From Octopus vulgaris (Eukaryota): DNA of 64,000 nucleotides. Made by a program: the position numbers and the translations under genes. Numbering within the stretch: position 1 is the stretch's first letter; each line of letters starts with the position of its first letter. Shown in pieces: positions 1-12,762 of the stretch. Below the pieces are notes generated by a model that saw nothing but the letters and a program-made list of their open reading frames with translations, was not told where the DNA came from and made no database searches. The stretch is from assembly GCA_951406725.2 (NCBI GenBank), contig OX597819.1:90706001-90770000 (forward strand), written 5' to 3'.

Positions 1-1640
1 TTGCATTTAGAGCCATTTTACATTACCAGTAGGAAAAAAAAAAGGACTAAGTGCAAGGGCAGTGTCAAAAGAAGTTAATGATGTGGAAGGTCCAGGAACT
101 GTCAGTGTTGCCAACAAAGCACGCGGAATTCTGTTCTTGATTCGACGGTCATTCGGAATGCTCATAGCAGCCATATTCCTACCGCTCTATGTCATGCTGG
201 TGAGACCCATATTGGAGTATGGGATTCAAGCCTCTTCTCCTTATCTCCTCAAAGACATACAGCATCTCGAAAGAGTCCAGAAGCTGGCTACCCGCATGGT
301 TCATGGTCTCAAGAATTTGTCTTATGAAGAAAGGCTGAAGATGCTCGACCTTTATTCTCTAGAAAAATGCCGCCGCCGTGGTGATCTCATTCTTGCTCAC
401 AACATCATAAGTGGAAAGTGTAACCTCTCGAAAGAGCTATTCTTCACTCCTGCTCCAGAGCGTCGGCTGCGGGGTAATTCCGAAAAGCTCTATCTGCGAC
501 GATTTCATCTCAATCAAAGGAGAGGGACTTTCTCCGTCTGGGTTGCGGATCCGTGGAACAAGCTGCCAGACGAGATGGTGAAGATGCCAACGACCGCTTT
601 GTTCAAAGTCTCCCTTGACCTCAAGTGGCCTGAACTCTTTACATGAACACCACACTGTACATAACTCAATGTCCCCCTACATGGCCTTGCTTTTTGCTTT
701 TTGAGCCAAAAAATTAACTAACTAACTAACTAGCTTAGATGTTTCAAGCAAGGTGACATCAGCCTCAAAAACAACAAAAGGTCTCCCCAAAGTCTGGGAG
801 ACTGTCTGTTGTGGAAGATGAAGCCTTGCTTGAAATCAGCAGAACTTGGTCCTTCAAAAAGCATCATCAGTTGACACCTCCATAAGCTCAGCCTTGAGAA
901 CAGATGATGTTTAAAAGCTCCTCATAAATGACCAATCACCAGGCTCAACAATGTGTGGGAATTTGCAAACAACTGCTGATAAATCCGTGAGATGCTTGTT
1001 TTTGATACTGAATTGTAACTGGGAATTATATATAAAAAAAAATAATCTATTTTTGTAATGCTAATACGACAAATCAGTGGCTTCATTCTAGCTGGGCTTC
1101 AGAAGCTGTTGTCAAACAAGGGCAGTTTGAACAGATCATGTTGAGTGTTTGGTGGAATTTTGAGGGGGGTGTTGCAATTTGAGCTTGTCCCAGATGGTCA
1201 TGCTGTTAACTCTTGCCTTTATGCTCCACAGCTGCAGTGAATATATGATGCTTTGAAAGCCTGTTACCCAGCATTAGCCAATTGAAGACACACAATGTCC
1301 CAGCACACACTGCTAATGCTCGACCAAGTGCAAACTTGAGGGGTTAGAAGTGCTCCCTCACCTTGCCTACAGTCCAGACCTTGCACCATCAGATTACCAA
1401 CTTTTCTGAGACATGGCTCATTTCATGTACAGATGGAGGTTCAATAATGTGGATGCAGTGGAAAACAGGCAAAAGGAGTTTTTTGCCTCTAAACCAGCCG
1501 AATGTTATAAACATAGAGTTGTGCTTCTGGCACAACAATAGCAACAAACAATAGAACATGATGGGATATATTTTGATGAATAAATGCTTTTCATATGTAA
1601 TTTGTTTGAAGTATTAATTAAAGCTTGCAAAATGAAAAAA
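1..1640 (+). mobile_element. Degenerate mariner (Tc1/mariner) transposase fossil, interrupted by a CR1 LINE at ~110-733
   Basis: Broken frames give an N-terminal HTH (KGLSARAVSKEVNDVEGPGTVSV ... FKQGDISLK) that resumes after the CR1 tail, then MLSVWWNFEG (~1140-1165) and the mariner signature YSPDLAPSDYQLF (~1368-1406). Multiple stops and frameshifts. Right end approximate. Confidence 0.85.
110..733 (+). mobile_element. 5'-truncated CR1-clade LINE (ORF2 C-terminus, 3' UTR, (CTAA)n tail)
   Basis: ORF to 646 has ANKARGILFLIRRSF...LVRPILEYG...SPYLLKDIQHLERVQKLATRMV..L..LSYEERL..LDLYSLE.RRRGDLI...WNKLP, typical of the CR1 ORF2 C-terminus. It ends in a short tandem tail ttaactaactaactaactag. Confidence 0.88.
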
Positions 1641-3462
1641 AACTTGTGACTCAATCTGGTAAATACAATGTATTGCTATAAATGTATTTGAATGGTCTGC
1701 TATAAATGTATTCGAAAAGAATTTCATGTCTTATATCAATCATTTAACGTCCACTTTCCATATTGGTATGGGTTAGACAGTTTGACTGGAACTGGTAAGC
1801 CTTCTGATCGGGCATGGTTTCTACAGCTGGGTGCCCTTCCTAATGCCAACCACCAGTACACCAGTACGGGTGCCATTTGCATGACACCAGCCATGACTAT
1901 AACTACACTTGGTTATATGAAAGATAATTTTTCAAATGAAATCCAAATAGTGTTTTATTAAGCCAAACATGCTTTCATTAAGAATAATTCTGAGCCTTTT
2001 ATTGATACTTCCCAGCCTGAGCAATGTTGGATAATCTACTAATAATTATATACATATAATGTAATTATGTGGTTAAGAAGTTTGCTTGTAAACCATGTGG
2101 CTATGAGTTCAGTCCCAATGTATGATAAATATACACACATATACATGCACATATACATACAACATAGGATTAAGCATCTTTACACTCAGATCTAATGCAA
2201 AGTGGTCAAATCATGTTCCTAAGAACTGGAAACCCCAGGTCTTCTCGAATATAAAAAGCATAATATATATAACAAATATTACATATATAGATTTAGAGAT
2301 TCAATAAATAGAATCCAATGAATTAAGAAGCAGACTGAAATAAATATTGAACTTGATATGATTGAATAAAATCCATGAAGGTAGTGTCTGAGCATAGATA
2401 CAGTTCACTCACTGAAACCAGTGAGAGAGAGAGAGAAAAAAAAAGTTTAAAAAAATGCAAAAAAAACCAAAAAAACAATATATTTCTTTCAAATCTGAAA
2501 CCAGTGTAATTCCGGTTTCTATCTTGTGTTAAATGAACACTCCTAGATATATGAATTGATGTTTTTCTCATCAATACTGCATTTTGATAATATTTTTATC
2601 GGAACACTTCATGTTAGAAAGCACTTGAAAATCAAAAACAAAATTCACGTCAGTTTTGTTGATAATATATTAGAATCAAGTTCATATGTAAGTGTATTTC
2701 ACATAAAAATAATGTAACTGAATTTCTGTCTGTGTGTCCATCTTCACACATACAAACAAGTGCTTGTGTACATAAACATTATACACATGTAAAGATATAA
2801 ATATTTAAGAATAATCAAAATAATGAAATACAAAAGAAGAAAAAAGGAAAAACTGAACAATTGTGTTAGTGGATACCAAGTAGATGGTTGCTGGCTGTGT
2901 AGTTTGTTAATATAGGATGGACTATTACTTATCAGCCAATACTAACAGCTGCATTAAGTAACAGCACTTAGATCCTACGATAAAGCTAGCTTAAGATGGC
3001 TTCTGAATTCAGCATTTAAAGCTAATAAAATTGTTATTAATTACACTGCACATGCTTCAACACTATTCACTGATGAACAGTAAATACCCATTGTACATGT
3101 TTACAGCTCGGTGGATTGAGCTAGCAAGTGACTTGACCATAAATGCAGTACAGTGCTATTGACAAGATGTTAGCCATTAACACTGACAACAACTTGTCAG
3201 ATCGGTTTGTGCTGAAACATAAACTATAACATCAATAAAGTGTAGGGTCAAGTTTTATAAGAGAGAGCACTGTCGATGAAATAGGCAGCAGATATTACTG
3301 GTATTAATTTTATATACTCAATGCATGAGTAAAAGTAAAATCTGATTGCAGTATAAACTGAAATCTGGACATCTACATTTCATGATCCTTCATTGCATTA
3401 ATAAGGTTCAAGATGCTCAAATATGACCTCACTGCTTTTACCAATGCCTTCTCCTTCTATGT

Positions 3463-3750
3463 GGAGGCACATGGCCTAGTGGTTAGAGCAGCGGACTCGC
3501 GGTCGAGGGATCATGGGTTCGAATCTCAGACCGGGAGATGTGTGTGTTTATGAGCGAAACACCTAAGCTCCACGCGGCTCAGGCAGAAGGTAATGGCGAA
3601 CTTCTGCTGACTCTTTTGCCACAACATTCTCTCACTCTTTCTTCCAGCATCTTGCAGCTCACCTGCGATGGACTGGTGTCCGTCCAGGTGGGGAACCTAT
3701 ACACCAAGGAAACCGGCCCTTATGAGCCAGGCATGGCTTGTGAAGGAACT
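3463..3750 (+). mobile_element. tRNA-derived SINE (tRNA-Arg-like head); related copies ~5810-6095(-), 7590-7765(-), 11340-11530(-), 15942-16150(+)
   Basis: A box TGGCCTAGTGG and B box GGTTCGAATCTC, followed by a non-tRNA body with no CCA end or acceptor stem. The head recurs nearly identically at 15942. Confidence 0.75.
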
Positions 3751-4604
3751 CCTTCTATAGATATCTTCCATTATCACTGAATGGTACTTTTTTACCTTGC
3801 ACTCATCATCCCTTCACATCACATAGTTATCTCTCATGCATATAGTGATTGGTGCTTTAATTCTCTGTTCCTCTCAGCTCACCTGTACACTATCTTTCAT
3901 CTACTTTAAGTGCGTGGACAACAGACCATACTCGACACATTCCTCTTTAGTCCCCACATCTTCTAAAATCAATGGCTCTATGTCAGTACCATGTAGCATC
4001 ACAGTCTTACATATGTGAAATATTCTAAATATTATCTGCCTTTCACTGTTGTTGATCAATATCATAAGCAAAGTTCAGATATAAACTGATAGCATATTTG
4101 AAAAAGTAATATACAAAGTCAGTAACCCCAGCTTCAAGTTTACATACAATTGGTCAACATCCTTTCAGCTCTACTGGTTCTTATTTCATTGACCTTGAAA
4201 AGATGAAAGTCAAAGTGAACTTGAGTAAGATTTGAGCTCAGAATGCGTAGGGTATTTTTTGTCTGATGCTCTACAAATACACCAGTCCAAAATGAATGAC
4301 TATTCTGAGAAAACCTCATTACGTTTAAGTTTATTTACTTCCCTTTGTTTCATTTGTCTGAATTGTTCATTTCCTTACATATGATGGAGAGGACACATCA
4401 TAGGTATCAATTACACAAGTTAAGTATATTTGGTACTTCGTTTATTAATCCCGAAGAGACAAAAATTATTGTCTCCCCATTAAAAATTTGATATTAGTAA
4501 AATAAGTCTATTTAGTTCTACTTAAATAAGTCTATTTATCCTCTACTTTAAAATTACAACTTTGATAAAAAGCAATTACAACATTTCTAGAAGAGAGCAT
4601 ATAT

Positions 4605-4997
4605 CATCATCATCATCGTTTAACGTCCGCTTTCCATGCTAGCATGGGTTGGATGATTTTGACCGAGGGTTGGCGAACCAGATTCCAATCTTGATTTGGC
4701 AGAGTTTCTACAGCTGGATGCCCTTCCTAACGTTAATCACTCCAAGAGTGTAGTGGGTGCTTTTTACGTGCCACCGGCACGGAGGCCAGTCAGGCGGTAC
4801 TGGCAATGACTTCGCTCGAATTCTTTTACACATGCCACCAGCACAGGTGTCAGTAAGGCGACGTTGGTAATGATCATGCTTGAATGGTGCCCTTTTACGT
4901 GCCACTGGCATGGAAGCCAGTTGGCTGCTCTGGCAACGATCATGCTCGGATGGTGCTCTTGGCACCCTACTAGCATGGGCACAAGTGCCAGTAGGGC
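4605..4997 (-). mobile_element. Non-autonomous retroposon with RTE-like (ATG)n tail and internal gtgccggtggcacgtaaaa repeats; copies ~1735-1900, 17455-17740(+), 24452-24720, 26905-27250, 28075-28356(+), 28730-29050, 45317-45552, 59560-59800(+)
   Basis: Shared blocks (CAT)n-tttaacgtccgctttccatgctagcatgggttgg and tttctacagctggatgcccttcctaa recur across the window. The same tail follows RTE ORF2 remains at 59150-59800. Confidence 0.8.
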
Positions 4998-7900
4998 ATA
5001 TATATATATATATATATAACTAGTTATATATATATATATAACTATATATATATCTTTATCTTTTACTTGTTACAGTCAATTGACAGTGGCCATGCTGGGG
5101 TAGCACCTTGAAGAATTTTCAGCTGAATGTATCAACCCCAGTACTTACTTTTTATAAGCCTGGTACTTATTCTATTGGTCTCTTTTGCCAAACTGCTAAG
5201 TTATGGGGACCTAAACACACCAGCACCGGTAGTCAAGCAGTGGCTAGGGACAAACACAGACACAAAGGCATACATTATATATATATATGATGGGCTTCTT
5301 TGAGTTTCTGTCTACCAAATCCACTCATAGCCTGAGGCTATAGCAGAAGACACTTGCCCAAGGTTCCACGCAGTGGGATTGAACCCAGAACCAGGTAGTT
5401 GGGAAGCAATCTTCTTACCACAAGGCCATATTTTTATTAATATTTAGCAGAAGCAACAGAATGACTCAAGATCTGAGTTTGATAAGTGCCAACACATGAA
5501 ACTCTTGAACCTGGAGTCACTCTGTTGCTTCTGCTAAATATTCTTTTCTACTCTAAGCACAAGACCCAAAATTTTTGGAGAGGGGGCTAGCTAATTAGAT
5601 CGACCCCAGTATGCAACTGATACTCAATTTATTGACCTTGAAAGGATGAAAGGCAAAGTCAACCTCAGCACAATTTGAACTCAGAATGTAAAGACAAATG
5701 AAATATTGCTAAGCATTTCACCCTAAATATTAATAGAAATATACATATACTTTGAGTTCTATTTTTCCTATTTGTACCAACATACCTATTTGTATACATA
5801 TATATCACATGACCGACCAAACTATTGGATGTTGTTATATATTACTGGTGGTCATAATGTACATTGCATTGTTTTAGCTTTTGAATGATGCCACCCTGCT
5901 GGGCGAACAGGCCAACATTCCTCCTGATTGGAAGGCTAGTCTGTCACAGGGTTACCCATTTACAGCTGAGTGGACAGGAGCAATGTAAAATGAAGTGTTT
6001 TGCTCAAGAACACAAAGCGCAGCCGATCTGGGAACTGAAAGCACAATCTCATAATCATGAGTGCAACACACCTAACCTCTAGGCCATATGTCTTCACACA
6101 CACACACACGTATATAATATATATGACAGATGTAAATTTTGAAATTCAATTCTAATACTATTGAATTAAAGTACAAAATATCCAGAGTTTAAACTGAGTC
6201 AAATTTTAAATGAATATCTTTATTTCAACTTGTAATATATAATTTGAAATCAAAAACTCAAATATGGTTGAGAATAAAGATGAATTGCACAGACTAATGC
6301 AATTAAATATAATTCAGCACCATGAACATAATTCTAAATATAATTGATAAAAGATAATGAGAATTAGGTTATATTGCTTGACTATTGTATAAAATAGCAT
6401 CCAACTCTCCTTTAAATCACACATAACCATCTCACATAAAGGACTGATTACTTTAGATAAAAAGATGGGATGGTTACAACTGGAACGTCTTTGAATATAG
6501 ACATCCTGGATGATCAGGTTTAACCTAGAGCTAAGCCACACTATAGTAGAAGTTTTCTTTTTATAAACACAAATGCCATATGTGTATGTATGTATGATAA
6601 ATCAAAAGATCCCCCTCTATATTTCTTGCTTTTACTGAAAGGGCTATTATTCATCAATAGATTTTCTTCTTCGTTGCCACAGAGATCCATCATGTTAAAT
6701 GATGGTGATGATGATGATGAATCCTTGTGGCAAAGATAAAAAAAAAAACAAGTGCCCTTTGTAACGTAATTAAAGTTTGATGAAAAGTCATCAGGTATCA
6801 TCCATGTTTTTATGAACCAAATGTAAGATTTGTTCAAAGATAGCAAAATATTTACAAATTTGGAAGTTTATGGTTGCACGTGTACTCAAAAACAGTTTCT
6901 GTAATTCAACATCAGCGGTCCCTAGTAAAATTCAACACACAAGAGTGCATTAGAGACTTCAGCAAGCAGCATTGCAAGATACTTATTTAGGAAAGTAGTA
7001 ACACACACACACACAAAAAAAAAAAATCATACAGAGTAGAAATGACTCTTTAGTTTGGGAGAAAATGTCTCTAGTACTGGTGGCATGATATAGCACACAG
7101 TTCACACTGTAAGACATACACAACAACAAAATTGACTGGTTTTCTCTGTTGCAGTGTATGCCAGGTGACAAGAAGTGAGTCACTGTGAGATCCATTTAAC
7201 TCATGCTAAATGGATGCAAAAATGGTGATGATTTTGGTAATAACTTCTGTATTGCCTCAACTATCTGATTGAAACAAACATTGTTTTCAATATATATGGA
7301 AATCACATAGGAGATTTCAAATATTGCATTTCACAAAAGCCCTCTTCATGCTTAGCAGTTATTTTGTTATGGATTATATGAAATAAAAATTTAAGAATAT
7401 AAACTCACTTTTTAGTTTCATTATTTAAAGAATAGAAGGTAAAAAACCCCTTTGGTCATGAATGACCATGGGATTGCGTCTAGAAAGTTCCCCTCCAAGG
7501 CACAAGTCTGGGCAAGGTTGTTTATGGAAGACCAGCAGTTGCCCATGCCTACCAGCCTCTCCTCTCCATGCCACCAATGTTATCCAAGGGAAAGACAAAG
7601 GCCGATACAGCTTGGTACCAGTGATGTCGCAACTCATATCTACAGCTGAGTGAACTGGAGCAACATGAAATAAAGTGTTTTGCTCAAGAACACAACACAC
7701 AACCTGGGCTGGAATTGAACCCACTACCTCATTATTGCAAGCCTGACGCCCTTACCACTGAGCAATAAAATTATATTTATACCATGCATTTTGTAGGTGG
7801 CGATTTCCAACTAGCCAGCCATTGGCTCACTGCATTTTCGATGGTGAGAATGACAAAGAATTGTCTATGTAACTCAAGCTGAGTAAATACCACAAGATAT

Positions 7901-9049
7901 TTTTCTTTGAATGCACTAATTTTAATCCCAGAACTGCACATCTTCTGCTGATATACACTGGCAAAGGATATAGACAAACATATGCAATAAATTTTGCACA
8001 GTCTCCCCATACTAAATTTCTCTCTGAAGACACTGACCGACTGGAGGCTTCTTAACCACACAGTCATGTCATTTCTATTTTCTTTTTGTTCTTATCTTCA
8101 GTATCTACTTCAGTATCCAACAAGCTGGTTTGTTTAATGGACAAAAACTTACATTGTACTAACATAGCTTTGAAGAGGAAATACTACTTAGAATTACAAT
8201 ATTCTTGGAATTACAATCCTATATTGATAAGCTCAAATTTCAGTACCTATTCTAGTAATGATGTCTGTATTCATGAAAATATGATGACTTATGTGTCAGC
8301 TATGATTCTTAGTTTATTTGAGGAATTAAGTTTTGTATTAATTTAACATAATTGAAGTGAAAGGACCACACATCCTGTTTATTGTACTGAAATGAAAGTA
8401 TATTGTTACTTGTCACAGCTGTCCATTGGTTGCACTTGATCATCATTTCTTAAAACAAAATTTATTCATATACTGATTTCAAATTTTGGCACAAGGCCAG
8501 CAACTTGGGGTGAGTGGGTAAGTTGATTACATTGACCCCCAATGCTTAACTGGTACTTACTTATTTTGTCAATCTCAAAATATGAAAGACAAAGTCAATT
8601 TAAGCAGAATTTGAACTCAGAAGATAAAGACAGATGAAATGCTGCTAAGCATTTTGCCTAGTGTGCTAATGGTTCCGCCAGCTTGCCGCTTTAATTATTC
8701 ATATATTAATATTTAGAAACTAATTCCCATTGCTTTGGAATCACAATTGCTTACATATTTTAGAGAATAAATGACTTGGTAAACAAGGAGGAGGACTTTT
8801 AGATATTTTCAAACTAAAAAAAAACAAAAACAATTATGTATGCTTGTCATTGTGGTGAATCATATGTACATTTACTATTATGTTGAGTGATATTTCTTTA
8901 TCAAACAGCATAATTAATTATTGATAAGAAAGTAAACAATACTGAGAAGTCTCAAGACATTATGATTTTATAAGTCAATACAATCTATGATTGCTAAAGA
9001 CACACATTTTGTATATTCATGGTTTCAAATTATATAGCTATTACTTTAC

Positions 9050-9116
9050 CTGGTCTAGCCTTTTTTACAGCTCTATTCACTTTCTCAGCAAAACCTATTG
9101 GTATTTTTTCAAGCAG
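9050..9116 (-). CDS. IPPK: Inositol-pentakisphosphate 2-kinase, coding exon 4 (LLEKIPIGFAEKVNRAVKKARP+G)
   Basis: ttttag acceptor and G|gtaaag donor, 67 nt, in frame with exon 3. Resembles human IPPK EVVQLPLEFVKQLCLKIQSERP (recalled). Confidence 0.82.
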
Positions 9117-10131
9117 CTAAAAGTAAAATAAAATATATATATATTAGAAAGACTGAACAACTGCAAAATATCAGCTAAAATCACATAGACATTGGATCTC
9201 AAATCTCGTATAACTAGGATTCTATTTATGCAATGACTGGAGAAAGTGGATAAGATCTTATCAGCCTTTCAACAGAACAAAGGAACTGCAAACAATCTAC
9301 TTAATGCACATTTGGTCTTGATTAGTTGGATAAAAAACCTGAGTCACTTAAGCAATGTTAAAGAAAAGTGATTTGTCAAGAAATTTGGGAAAATGGACAA
9401 AAATAAGAGTTTTGGTGTTAAAAGCATTAGCTAGTATAAAATAGACTCATTAAACAATTTGAGAAAGATTACCATTGTTGGAAGTAAACTTCTAAAGTAT
9501 AATTCTCAATTTGGGAAACATACTTTAAATAAGTAATGTCATGTTTCAGAAGACGAACTTGAAAGCAATGATGTTAATCTGAGAATTTAAAAGGAAAAGT
9601 TCTATATTTCTAAGATAAACTTCCAGTGGCATTATAGCTTTCCCAAATTTTACTTCTTGCCAAGAAAACAGTATGAAAATCATTTTGGAATAACATATAT
9701 TGAAGGAGTTGGGAAAGAAGGGTTAAATTTTTTGAGAAATGAATGTACAAATTTTATTACACTGTACAAAAGAGAGGTGTAGTGTTCATGGCTCTTGCTT
9801 ATCCTTATTATGTCTGGAAAGAAAACATAATTGAGGTGGTAGAGTAAAAGGAAGTTTAGAGGAATGGTTTCCAAACAACTTTGATAAAGACTTGTCATAC
9901 TTACCTAAAAGCTAGAACGACCACATTTCTCATTAAAAACCAAAACCCACCCACAAAAAATCCATAATAAATGAAAGTTTAAGACAGTATTCTTGGTAAA
10001 TAAAATTATAAAAAATTACTTTATTCAGTTAATACTAATTAGACTATTGGTTGATATAACCAGATTTGAACCCCTGACTACAAAATAAATACTTTTAGCA
10101 AACTACCAAGCATATGTATGTGTATGTAAAG

Positions 10132-10189
<58 letters not shown>

Positions 10190-10293
10190 TTAATCCAAAC
10201 AAGAAAACACAGAAAAAAAGAGAAAAAAACACAGCAACGCAGGACGTGGAACAATTAAAGTATTATTGACGCTCAGGAAAGAAGGGAAGGAGG

Positions 10294-10328
10294 GTTTAAC
10301 ATTTCGAGCGGAGCTCTTCGTCGGAAAC
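10294..10328 (-). ncRNA. Minimal type I hammerhead-like motif (CCGACGAA core) in a PLE-type non-autonomous repeat (~10185-10405)
   Basis: Minus strand reads GTTT-CCGACGAA-GAGC tcc GCTC-GAAA-tg-TT-AAAC: stem I GTTT/AAAC, stem II GAGC/GCTC. Confidence 0.55.
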
Positions 10329-10747
10329 AAGGAGAAGGAAAGATCCCAAGGAGGGAAGACAGAGGAGACAATATTTGAGCTGGTGGTGCTTAAGAGATCA
10401 CATGTTATATATATATATAACCTTTTGATATTGTTTACTCTTTAGGTTGCTAATTGATTGTACATTCTCTACCCAATGAGATTACTTAATGCTAACGGCA
10501 ATAAAACTGGGTTCCATGGTCTATCTACCATGAAAATTTCTCATTTTGTTTTGTTGCTCAAAGTAAACATATATCTACATTCATTTCACACACAAAATAA
10601 TCAACATCTGTTCAATAATGAGTGGGAAAACAAACAAGAAAATTTTATATTTTGAAAAAATAGGAATCAATATTACTAAGACATTTTTATTGTCACAAGG
10701 AAAAAAAAAAAAACTTTAAGGGAAAGGAAATTAGGAAAGCAACTTAC

Positions 10748-10846
10748 TGGTGGAATGACATAGACCGAAGACAACAATGGCTGCATAACTTCTTTCACAA
10801 AATCAACCGTCCTCTGTAATTTACAATGAATTTGGTCAGCTCTTTC
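10748..10846 (-). CDS. IPPK: IPPK coding exon 3 (ERADQIHCKLQRTVDFVKEVMQPLLSSVYVIPP)
   Basis: tttgtag acceptor and gtaagt donor, 99 nt, phase 0/0. Resembles IPPK EEIFQHLQNIVDFGKNVMKEFLGENYV (recalled). Confidence 0.88.
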
Positions 10847-12604
10847 CTACAAACAAGATGGCAAATATACAACTCGTACTCTTTTATAAATTTCTTTCTT
10901 TTTTTCCCGGATTGACGTTATCTTCATCATCACTTTTATAGCTATTAAAATGGTGATGAGCTGGCAGAAGCAATGACTGAAAGTGCTTTTTTATTCTTTC
11001 ATCTCTCTGGTGTTAAGCCCCAAATCAGTCTAATCAAACAGACTTATAAGCAAAGGCATTTCATCTCTGATAATCATTTATTTTTTCCAGGCTACATTAT
11101 CTAATATAGTAGATGGTAGAGTGCAATATGAGGGAGATATAGCTACTTTTTCTAGTAAGTGGGTTAACTGTGTAAAACCTCCCTCACTACAATATACTAG
11201 TACTAAAAACAGTAAAGACCATGGAATTGCACCTAGAAAGTTACTCTCTGAGGTACAAGTCCAGGCAAGGTTGTTTATAGAAGTCCAGCTGTCACCCATG
11301 CATACCAACCTCTCTTCTCCATGCCACTGATGTTATCCAAGAGAAAGGCAAAGGACGATACAGTATGGCACCAGTAACATTGCAACTAATTTCTACAGCT
11401 GAGTGAACTGGAGCAATGTGAAATAAAGTGCTTTCCTCAAGAACACAACACACAACCATATCCGGGAATCAAACTTACTACCTCATGATTGTGAACCTGA
11501 CGCTCTAACCACTGAGCCATGTGCCTTCATTATACTAGTAATATATTAATATAATTTAATGAACGATGCTTCTCAAATACCAAAACAAAGAGACCTTTAT
11601 CTGGTACATTAATGCTCTGTTGCAGTATATTACAAAGGACATACCCTGGTAATAACCCTATGTAGGTGCTACGGGGATCACATTTGCTTTTTACTATATA
11701 AAATTTTCCAAGTGGGAGAATCAGTTGAATTTCACAGATACTAAAATTGTTTAGGATTCAGTTGCTCTACTTCTTTCACAAGATCTAGTGTTCTTAGAAT
11801 CATTGGGTTTTCTCTGCATTCTGAGTTCAAATCCCAACAGGATCTTATTGCTCTGATCTCTATAAGATAATTACAAGTAATACATTCTATATACTATGAC
11901 CATGTTGAAGAAGGGTGTGTGTTTGTACAGGCACAAATAGGTGAGTGTGTGAATGTGTTGGCATGACTATGGCTACAAGTTTAGCTTTACTATCATAGTT
12001 TATTTCACTGTACAACACCTTAGGCAAGAAAAGGGATTCTCTCTTTAAGTGAAAAGCAAATTGCTTACTGCTTTTCTATGAAGTGTAATTTTGCATGGGA
12101 GTGAAACAGTGGCATTGATAACAGGGGATATATGAAGATTGGAAAGAGATGAAGTGAGTATACTCTGCTAGATGTGTAAGGTTATTGTGCATTAATGATA
12201 GAGCACAAGTGTGTCGAGAAAAAAAAAGTATAAAAGAAATAAGAAGGAGGGTGCGAGCAATGAGACTGCACTGGCATAGGCATGTGATGTGTATGGGGGA
12301 TGAGTTGTGTAAATAAGTACCAAATATGAAAAAAAAACATGGAGACAAATAGCAAATAGTGAAAGTTGATCCCTGGGGGTTGAACCTCACAAAGGAGATG
12401 ATAAAATACTGCAAGTAGTAAATGCTGAGCTGGAAGACCTAACCAACCCATGCTATAATGGAAAAACAAATGTAAAATTATTACAATGCTAATGATCTTG
12501 TATGGATATGCAAACTTTAAGTATTTTCTTTTACCTCAAATGCTTCATAAGTTCCATTTCAATACTTAAGAGTTGTAACAATGTCAATCACAATACAATA
12601 TATA

Positions 12605-12680
<76 letters not shown>

Positions 12681-12696
12681 ATAAACATGAACTTAC

Positions 12697-12762
12697 TTTG
12701 TTATGCTCAAAATTGTTTTCACATTTTACATTAGTCTTCACGAAACGGTATACTTTCTTTTG
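12697..12762 (-). CDS. IPPK: IPPK coding exon 2 (QKKVYRFVKTNVKCENNFEHNK)
   Basis: tttttatttccag acceptor and gtaagt donor, 66 nt, phase 0/0. VYRFVK corresponds to the IPPK VLRFLK motif. Confidence 0.85.

Noticed and set aside
2323-2411. Possible IPPK exon 5 (strong polypyrimidine acceptor, in frame after exon 4: VSELYLCSDTTF...SAS*)
   Set aside because: No resemblance to the expected LPxL...VEIKPK region and it ends in a stop. The tract is a CT/T microsatellite. The true exon 5 is probably outside the window.
4756-4997. CRISPR-like repeat-spacer pattern (gtgccaccggcac repeats)
   Set aside because: Eukaryotic context, spacers are homologous to each other and to other copies, no cas genes; these are internal retroposon repeats.
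6218-6232. Minus-strand VEIK match to the IPPK VEIKPK motif
   Set aside because: No donor site or PK follows and the surrounding sequence shows no IPPK similarity; chance match in AT-rich DNA.
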